A stretch of 64,000 bases of DNA, taken from positions 797,503-861,502 of the forward strand of contig NW_002060951.1 of NCBI RefSeq assembly GCF_000150275.1, read 5' to 3'. The notes under the pieces are model-generated. The model saw only the letters and a list, made by a program, of their open reading frames with translations, ran no database searches and was not told the origin of the DNA. The position numbers and the translations under genes were made by a program. This document shows positions 54,101 to 64,000 of this stretch, one piece after another. How positions within the stretch are numbered: position 1 is the first letter of the stretch; each line of letters starts with the position of its first letter. Origin of the DNA: Trichoplax adhaerens (Eukaryota; Animalia; Placozoa).

Positions 54101-57100
54101 AGCTACTAATGAGTAATAGGTTTAAATACTTCACTTTATTTTCGTTAAACTTAGTCATAAAATGTACTAAAGAAAAACGTAAGAATATTCTTAGCAATTA
54201 TAGTCAAAAGATCCTGCAAGTGACTAACTGAAACTGAGCAGCTAAGCTAGTGCTCGGCTTTTTATAGTCTCAGCAAACGCCGATGGTGCACTTGTGAATA
54301 TTCTTGACATAACGACTTATACTGTAAAGTATACATATCCTAGTATAGCAACTAGAGCCTCAAGGCTCTGCAAAGTAATTGCACCTTACACTTAAGGTGT
54401 TATTAATTAACGTTTACTGTGTAATTAACTCGTTTTGCTGTATTAATGATCCTCATAAATCACTATTTCGATATTAGAAGCAAGTAAGTAAGACTTAAAT
54501 TTTATGCATTCCTTGAAGAAATTTCTGTCCTTTTTATTAATGTCTTGTACTGAAGATCATCATAAACTATTGCCACAAGCGAGACGTAAATAATCTACAT
54601 AGATAGCATAAAAGCCTCCTTTACTCATTAATTCTTTTGCACTAACAGTATCGGCAAATTAACACTTCAACTATACGAGTATCAAGTAGGGGCAAAAAAA
54701 TCTCTCATCTTCTATCTGATACCTAAAATATTGATAGAGAGATATACGCTAAACTAATTAACATTCAAAGTACCTGACCTGATTTGGTTTGAATATCGCC
54801 AAAGCCTCCAGAATTGCGCACAGAGACATTGGTTGTATTGACATACTACATCAATTATGGATCAGATCATCAGTTAGTGATAAAGAGATCGACTCTTAAA
54901 TTAGCACTTTCTATTATTTTGCTATACTAATAATAATTTATTCATGGAAAAGATTACCTTGTCGAAGTAAATGATTCGGTTGCAGCATGTCTTCCTTATA
55001 CCTCGAAACATTAAATAATGATAAAATTTTCATCGCGATACTAGAATGCTAGAAACTAGCGCCTAGCATATTAATTAAACAGTACTTCCACTTAAAGAAG
55101 CGATACCGAATTCAATCAGTAACCAAAATCTAAATCAAATATTTGATCTCACAGTATTCTTACCATGATTTGCAGTTAGGATAATATTAACGCAATCTTG
55201 CATTCCTCGCTCCTTCAAACCGTGTAAAATAGCTCCCATTAAATCATCAATGACTTTAATTTGCTCATTGACCTGAAATGAATTTTAAAATAACTAGTTC
55301 AAAATAGCGTAAAACTACTTGTAATATAGATCGTATCAACTTGATCTGGATGGAAATGTCAAACTATTAGTCTGAAGATAGCGAAATATACATTGAAATA
55401 TGATGATTGCATACTTCTGGTGAATCTGGGCCATGTCCACGTGCTGCAACATCCGGTTCATCAAAATATAAGATCATCATCGTAGGGCTTCATAAAATGG
55501 TATGCTAATTTAGTCAATTGCTAGGTGGTATTGCGGACTATTCATCCAAAATTATTTAGAAAGCAATATTTACCGTTCATCTTCAGGCATTTCAATCCAT
55601 TTAAAAAATTGATCTACACGATCCATGAAGGACACTGCTCTATACAACATAGATATTGAGAACAATATAACACATACGGCTTTCTATCTTGGCAACAAAT
55701 ATTAAGCGTGCTTTATATCACAGAATATGATTCTCAAGAGTAATTCAACAGCAAATTTAGATCAAGAATGGTGACTGGATTTGTGTTACATACCCATCAT
55801 AAAGGTACCAATAATTCGGTCGATAGCCTAACAGTAGAATATTTAATTTATAATTAAATAAATTCCATTTTTTATTACATCTTAAGCTGCACAGCCGATT
55901 CAAAGCCAAAAATATGCTAGCTAATAGTTACTTAACTTCTAACTAGGCAAAGCAAAGCACGATCTACACTAAAATATTTATGGATCATTTTTGAAATTGT
56001 CTATTTCATGAAACATTTAAGCACTAAAGAATGTGAGCTGTTGTAGCTGACTATATTATGCTATTAGAGACCGTATAGAGTAGGAATTTTACTGTGCACT
56101 AAAACCGCTCAATTTTTTTTAAGTATTTACAATAAATAATTCCTTCAATCCTATCAATCCTATCAAACTCTATGATATTGATTACCTGCAATCTCGGAAG
56201 CAGATCCGACCCAAAAGTAGGTAGCTGATTTCAAATTGTGTTTTCTTGCCGTTACCCAAATCTAAAGATAAAGCGAAATATGGGAGTATTGTAGATTAAT
56301 TAAGTTATTGGGCCATCAACAGTTTTTAAGAAGTAGTTTACTTACCGGTTCACCTCCCCACCATCTCGATTGAGTAGCATTCCTCGATCCCATAAAAAAT
56401 CGTTGGTTGTAAACAGGATCATAAAAGCTGTTTGCTACGATGCCGTGGTAGGCAGGATACAATCCCTAAATAGTACACGCTCAGTAATCATGACATATGC
56501 AGTTCCACCTGTCATTTCATCGATTTTTTCAATACAACTAACCGTTACTATGGTATAAAGGTTGGGAAATGTCTTGGTAGGAAAAACAGATTCCATATAT
56601 TCGGCTCGAACACCCTTCGCAGCTGAAAAATAAAGTAATGTGATAAATATATCGAGTGAAGATCAGAAACAAGTGGCTTTCGATCATTAACAGGTTAAAT
56701 ATAGAAGCTATCTATAAATTATTAGAACCTGAACTAATTATATTTGTAGATGGCAGCAATGACGTAGGACAAAATCGGTGTTAGAAATGGCAGTGACATA
56801 TATATATATAACATAGGTTAACATATATAGTAATGCTAAAGGACAATGTGTGTCCCTGCTACGTAATAAAATCATTAACTCACCAAATTTGGATATATTA
56901 GGAGAAAATCCACGATTAAAGAAATCCCAGCGAAATCCATCAACGCCAACTAACAATAACGGTTTTACTTTTGCTCTAATATATTAGTGCGCAAATGTAT
57001 AGTTTAAGAAGCTGGATTAGTATCATGACTTGAAAATAATTGAAAATCAGCGCAATACTCTCATCGTATCCTATGGTGTGCCCTTTACTTTAATAGTAAT

Positions 57101-59110
57101 CAATAAGTTTTTCAGTGCTAAGTTATGAATCAAACTCCTACAATTGTTTGCATACATACTTGCAGATGTCCGGAATAGTCGGTTTAGTCGGTTTTGAAGC
57201 TGTTGGTCGAGAATTAGTAGCTGGTGGTGGGCTAGCTGGCCGTTCAGTAGTTGGGGGTATCCTATTGGTAGCTCTTGTTGCCGTCATAGTTGGGCGAGTT
57301 ATAGTAGAATCCTGTTCGCCTAAATGACCATTGGCTACGATATTTTCAAATTTATAGTAAAGTATATCAAAAACGACTAATAAATTCTTTGCGAAGCAAA
57401 ATCGTATATTATGCAATCGATTTCATCCAATAACTAGAAGATCAGTATAGTTCAATGAATTTAGTAATGACTGTGTCGCATGATTAGTATACATTTGACG
57501 AATGTTGTCTAAGTAAATGGATGTTTACGTAGGTATTAATCGCTCTATATTTTTAAATTTTTCATTATTTAGCTTAGAAGTGAGTATGCTGGCTAGAAAC
57601 TTCCATCAACAACTCTATGCAATTTATTGATCGTTGGAATATTGATTTTTCAACGCAATCAGTCTGATAAGAAGAACACATCGACAAATAAACTCATTAT
57701 TTTCTCCTTAAATAGGTATAAATTTTTGCTTCGCTACTAAACAGCTCCGTAATTTATCCATCACCTATACATTTACACTGATTTCTAACGCACTTCTGTC
57801 AAATTTAGTCCATAATAACATCCAAATTTACCTGCTTTTTGCGTAAATATACCAATCAGAAGACCAATTGCAAAGGCTACGATGATTAGGATAATCCCGG
57901 CAATCTAATTGAATATTTAAGACTAAAATATTATAAATTAAATATCAAAAAAATCTTAGTCTAAGAGAGCTTTGATTTCTAGTCAGGCTTAAACATTCTG
58001 CTATGATACTTTTTTCTTCTGAGTTGTCTAGATATTATTGCTGCCGATAAATACCAGACTAAGGTCTAACATGTATTTCAAGTCCAGTTTTGGACGTGAG
58101 TAAGCCTTTATTAAGTCTGGAAATACAAATTACACTCTATTTCAAGCGAACGATACTTAACGTAATACCTATTCTCAACTAATGATCGTCAGAATTTCGC
58201 TATACTCGTGGGCATCATTGATATATACAATATTTTAAGGATAAGCTGGTCAGAAATGGATTAACTTGGGCAGAATTTTAAAAATATGATCTATAAATCT
58301 AAGAAATACATAAATTAAATGTAACTTCTAATTTCGATTACTTAGGGTATCTTTTTCCAGAAATTAATCGCTTATAATAATATCCTGAGATCTTGTAGTA
58401 GTTTGTGCATTACAACCGCACTTTTATCCTACTGCACGAATGTTTAGTCATACAAATCATTACTTATCTCTGTCTCACGTTCAGTTCTCACGAAAGTTAC
58501 GATATAAATACGTGTAATTAAATGCAATTGTGATTGCAGAAAAGTTTATCATCGATAATCTTTCTACAGCCCTCTATAGCTCTCTAAGAAAGAGTCTTGC
58601 TATCGTGCTAAGTCATAATAATTACTATTTATCCATTATGGCGTTACACGATTACTATCGAATAAATGCATTTAACCTATCACAGACTATACATTAAGGT
58701 AACAATAGTTTACCGGAAGCCAAATCAAGTATAAAGCTCAGTACCCCACTCAAAGTACCTTGCGAGCTTTCTAAGCACAATTTATGTTCATGAATTATAA
58801 TGCTAAAGTTAACAGATCGAACGTGCGATGATAGAAGTACTAGTAGGCGAGTCAAAGGAGTTAAAAATTAGGAAAATATCAATTACTATTATGAGATAGG
58901 CCATATTGCATGCAAATCAAAGATAGTGAGTGATGCAGTAAGCATTTTCAATTTAGCAGTTAAATCAGATCATTCATAATATTAAAAAATAGAATTAGCG
59001 TTTCAGATAGCTTTGTTAGATTGCAGCATTATTTGCCTTAGCGATCTTACCAAATGAGATCTTTTGATTTTATTATTCGATTGTTTCTGGCTTACTTCTT
59101 CAAATTGCAT
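49512..59110 (-). CDS. ENPP-family copy B: type II TM, Thr/Pro stalk, PDE domain with altered metal ligands, degenerate nuclease domain; interrupted by an assembly gap at 52041-52090
   Basis: [133 protein letters not shown]...LWSIF*. The 5' end could extend further upstream. Confidence 0.85.
50168..50725 (+). mobile_element. Probable solo LTR (558 bp) in the last intron of ENPP copy B
   Basis: Absent from the paralogous intron of copy C (~63565-63575). Starts TGTCAC, ends GTTACA. Flanked by TACCT (50163-50167) and TACAT (50726-50730). Internal TATATAAA at 50431 and AATAAA at 50676. Confidence 0.6.
52041..52090. other. Assembly gap (50 N) inside an ENPP B exon
   Basis: Run of N. Flanks translate to sequence homologous to the ENPP A FPWGIP/CILYQNHYITSYS exon. 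Confidence 0.99.
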
Positions 59111-62100
59111 CTTCGAATTACCGTGATATGTTTGAATTGTAATAGAGAGAAAACGATGAATTTCATACGCGTATTCTAAATTAGATTTAGTTTCAAGAAT
59201 CAAAATAATAAAAATTAATCTACAATATAAATTGTGCTATCAATCTACAACTAGCAACAGAAGAATACTACGGTAATTACTATAATTTATCGATCAGAAA
59301 GTTAGACTAAAGTTAGCATATTACTATCGTCGATTTCCGAGTAAATTCAAATCATCCATAGCACGTATTACTGTGATAGACTCATTATAGTTATTAATCG
59401 GATAGATCAATGACGAAAATTTTAAATATACCTAAGTAATTATCTTTAAATATTAAGCAATGATTTATGAGAATCAAATTGTAATTAATAGAGCAAATTG
59501 TAAAAATCCTGTTCGACTGGTAATCTTTAGCAAATTTTTGTTGGAATTTTATTATAGGTCTTCTCTATCTGCTAGAATAGATTGAGCGAAAAAATTCGTC
59601 TTGAAAATATCCAATATCTATATAATGAGCCCCATATCTTTATCTCTAACAGTATCTCTGTCTAACTGGTAATGATTATATCATATCATATATCCTAAGA
59701 GCTTTCCAGAAAAGAGACCTATCATTTAAACTAGTAAAATTATTCTTTTCTAATCTTACTTTAGCACTAGGTATTTTTCTGCTTTTCTTTCTTTACTATA
59801 ACCAGAGATTTTCTTAACTTCGCTTAAATCGATGTAGGTCGATCAGTTAAAGGCAGAAATGACTATCATTACGCCAAGTGCTAGTAATAAATAGTTCTGA
59901 AATTGACTATGGTAGGATGTGATTGGATAAGCTTGATTAATCCACGTACTTTAATCCCTATGGATCTCTAGATCAGCATGATTACTCAAGGTAACAGCTA
60001 TATTGATAATTTGTACTCTAAATGTATGAAATTATCATCGATTTCAATTCATAAGCAAATGTAGGTGCGTCTATTATCTAAATAATCTGATCCTGATTTG
60101 AGCGTACCATCTCGTACCGTAATTCAGGCTTGTACAAATATTCACAAAACATCAGGCAGCCAAGACTAGAAAAATAACAATAATAGTATCACTGGTATAA
60201 GTTAACTTGAGATCTTATGTGAAACTTGGCTATTAGTATTTTTCTAGTCTGCAAAATATTGTAAACAAAGTATTATTTTACTAAAGCAAACATGACATGC
60301 AGAAACTAGTGATGAATTCGAAATATGCGGTCAAGAGTAAGTAAAATAGGAGCGTAATTGATGTTAATCGCCTTCGGTATAGCCTATGGTGATATCATCA
60401 AGAAATCATTAAATCCACAATCAACGGCACAATTGCACAAAAGTTTTATTTTAATAATTTTATAATTGCTATAATGTGAAGAAATGATTTCCAATGGTAT
60501 TATGAATGGATAGAAAAGACTCCTCTTTATCTCAATCCATAATCAAAGCGATTTACGTAGAACTCATTACCATTGTATAAAAATCAAGTAGTCGATAATA
60601 ATTGCTTAAGAGCTTAGGCTTTTCGTTAGAACCTATCCTATCGAAAGAGAATACTATAAGATTATTGAAATAGCATAGAAGAACTCGGTATTATTCATTT
60701 CTTTGGCTAAGATAATCATTTCAATGGCTGCAACACTGAATTTATTTCTTTTAAGGTTATACTCGATATTAGAAATACCATGCATCTTAAACTTTTGTAA
60801 ATAGTTTATGACATTATTTCATATTTTTTACTGGAGCAATGAAGACCTAATCATAAATAGTCGCAAAAGCATCCACTTTATAACAGATGCAATTGACTTA
60901 AATTTAGTCAGATTAGAAGGCTATCTCATTCGTATCATAATTTGCACGCAGTACCAGGCACAACTTAATACTTCCTTAAGGGGTTAAAATAACTGAAAAC
61001 TGCAAGTTCAGTTAGCTCCTCCTAATTGGAACTGCCAGGTTCGACATACGCAAGTAAACAAATAGATGAGTTCCTCAATCAAGTAGGCAATTACTAACTT
61101 TGTTCAAAATTTGTAATAGCCCAATATTATAGAGCCACGAGAATCGAACTTCGTTTAGGAATAGATGTAGAAATAAATGCCCCGTTATCACCTTTTATCC
61201 AATTTACTATGCAAGCAAGCACGGATAAATAGGACGTATAGATGTAAACAAACTCAATCCCTTAAAGAAATAAACACGCTATAGGTAGCATTGATTTGTC
61301 TAAGGTTAGAGTCAAATCGACTAGAATTTCGATATTTTAATATTAAAACTTGGTAGATAAATGTTGCAGCATGCGATGATGACCTATATTATAGAATGAT
61401 AGATTTTGGGCTTCATAAATTCACTTTATCGACCGTAAAATAGTTGTAAATCGGTAAACTTTCTATAATTAGAGATAGTGATTCTTTCTAACAATAACGA
61501 ACAATTTATCACCTCTTATTAATTATCATTCTACACTTATCCAATATCTAGCGTTCGAAAAGCTAGCTGTACGGGGCAGATTCCTTGTCATCAATAGCTG
61601 TCGCAAATTTTTCTAGCCGATGAGTGTTGTAGTTATCAAATTGCCATAGCTTCTATGCATATGCTAAGCGAATTATCAAAACTTACCAAGTCGTGTTAGC
61701 TGAAGAGAAAGTTTTACGTTTAAAATGATCCCAACGAAATACATCTTTAAAAACGACAATTAATAGTTTTCTCTTATAACTCCTATCGACCCTAACCTAA
61801 CTTCAGAAGAGTGGATATTTATGTGCATATTCATCGTAATAAATGCAATCATTACAAGTAATCGTATATTGCAGAGTTCATGGTAAATGCGTATTATTAG
61901 TAACACTTGAATTAGCTAAAAATAGCAGGCAACAAGCAGTTATAGCCAGTTTTAGATCTGTATAACAAAATTGAACAGCGCTTTGGTAATTCAGTTAAAG
62001 TATTATCCAGGAGTGCACGATAAAATTTTAATTTCTGAACCGTGGCTCAAATTGTCTCTTCTAAATCAATTATTTTTCAGTCTAGTTGCTAGTATAAGAA

Positions 62101-62994
62101 ATTCAGCGATGTATTCAGATTTTTCTATCAAGAACCGGTAAAGCAGACTAGCATGTCTATCATTTTTTTACACTATGCCAAGATACGATTCTTCTTTCCT
62201 TAGTTTACATAAAATGCAATAGCTGAATATTGAACTATACCTTTTTAGGAATAATTATTCTAACTATAAAAGATATATCAATTACCGTAACTCAGTCGTT
62301 AAAAAAGTCTATATGCATGAATTCAGACCCTAGATAGTGTGATGATCTTCGTTCAGTAGAATGATATTATGGATTTTTATAGTTAATACCAACTGGTAAG
62401 GATCAACATAAGTAATTCTAATCCCGCAGAATCGAACTTTGAAATAATGCACGAATTCTTTAGTAATAATCAGAAATAATATGACAAAATGCTAATAATC
62501 CATACTCTACTGTACTATACACACCATAAAAAAATTATTGTAACGCTGTTTATTGATTATCTTTTATATAAATTGGGTTTCCAACGGATTCATAAAATTG
62601 TTACTGTTATTCCTCAATTTCTAGTATCATACCAATTGAGCATGCAATTGCATAAAGGCAGTAGCATCTATCAATGTAAGTAGCCCGCTTACCAATAAAT
62701 GATATGCAAAGGATCAATTTGAACTTTATTCTAAATGCGGAGTTAGACTAAAAGCTATCACAAAGAAATTGTAAACATTATAATTTTATTGTAGGTTATA
62801 CGCACTGAAATTTTCATGTACTCTAGTTCAACTATAACGTCGAGAAAACAGCCTAACTAATGCTCTACTGCAAGCCCTCGATGCATTTACCATTTAACTG
62901 TAAAATGGCAAATTGAAATTATAACACAAAATCTAATTTTTAGCATTTAGAATTATAAATACGATTAATGAATGAATGATGTAAACTAGAAAAG

Positions 62995-64000
62995 CTAAAA
63001 GATCGACCATAACTCTGTGGGTATTTGGGCTTCCAATTGAACTTGCAACTCTGCTGGAAGTTCAGGGAAGAAATCGATACCAGTCAATTTTTCTATATCA
63101 GCAATGCTGGAAACATGTTCAAAGATTTGTGATACGGCAGACTGTAAAACAAAAGATGCAAGAATAAAATAAAGGAATACTGCTCTTTAAAAATGTACAT
63201 TGTAGATATAAAATAATCATTAAAATATAAAATTAATACTACAACTAAAGAAAAATACTTATCGAACATGTTTGTGTATAACAATTTAAAACTTAAATTA
63301 TTGAGATGTAAATATCGTTGTAATGCTAAAAAATATGTCATATTTTTCAAAATTTATATATAACCGCGATTGATACAGAATGTACCGTATACCGGATATA
63401 TAGCATTTCATTACTATAGTAGAATCATAGAAAATTGCAAAATCGGTAAAGACTATTACTAATGTGAAAATAACCCAGAAAATCTGTCCATAACTACGCA
63501 ATTAAAAATTATTAACGCAGAATATCATTGATGTAAAAGGCTATTATTTACAAAAGATTCCATCTAGTATCTGCAAACTATCAATACTAAACTTAAAATA
63601 TCCATTTAAACAACTGTTAATACAATTATCGTAAAAAAATTTAAAATATTCATATAATATCGCTATTACTACGGGAAAAAATATGAAGCATCACTATGTT
63701 TTAGTATCTTTCTATCATTTAAAGTGCAGTATTAATGTAAAATTCGTGTAAGTGTTGTTAATACTAAGGTCAATTCCACATTAGCATCAGCAGATTTTAT
63801 GCATATGAGTACGTATAGTTTGTATGAGTTTTATGACTCAATTTTAAAACGTCATTGCATCATTATTTATGCAATTATGTTTACATGGTTAAATTATAAT
63901 TTAGACCTCGATTTGACCGATAATAAAATATTACAAGTATTCTTACGCGACATTGAGGTGAGGCTGATTTACTATGTGGCAGTATAAATGATAATGCTTC
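62995..64000 (-). CDS. ENPP-family copy C, last two exons only (64000-~63946 and 63141-62995); gene continues beyond the window
   Basis: EALSFILPHSKSASPQCR | [48 protein letters not shown], nearly identical to the copy B C-terminus. Confidence 0.9.

Overview
AT-rich, intron-dense eukaryotic (animal) DNA. The compact GT-AG introns, TACAGTA/TACTGTA-rich promoter regions and 50-N gap resemble a placozoan (Trichoplax-like) assembly, but this is inference only. Manual splicing gives: mitochondrial ferredoxin FDX2 (+, 576-1840); two tandem patatin-like phospholipases of the ExoU/VipD-like type with a poly-Cys insert and EF-hand-like loops (-, 5076-14240 and 20464-~26114); ceramide glucosyltransferase UGCG (+, 28620-33331); and a tandem array of three type-II-membrane ENPP-family genes (-, 36140-47405, 49512-59110, and a 3' end at 62995-64000). 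The main finding is that the first ENPP copy has lost four of six Zn-ligand side chains in its phosphodiesterase domain. Its C-terminal nuclease domain, catalytically dead in vertebrate ENPP1-3, keeps the full EndoG/NucA active site (DRGH...N...E...R). This suggests a membrane-tethered ecto-nuclease with a pseudo-PDE domain. The second copy has decayed at different residues. Also seen: a probable solo LTR, a GC-AG intron, an internal exon-cassette duplication, a gene-conversion-like tract, a 23-bp perfect palindrome and a dispersed repeat shared by two promoters.
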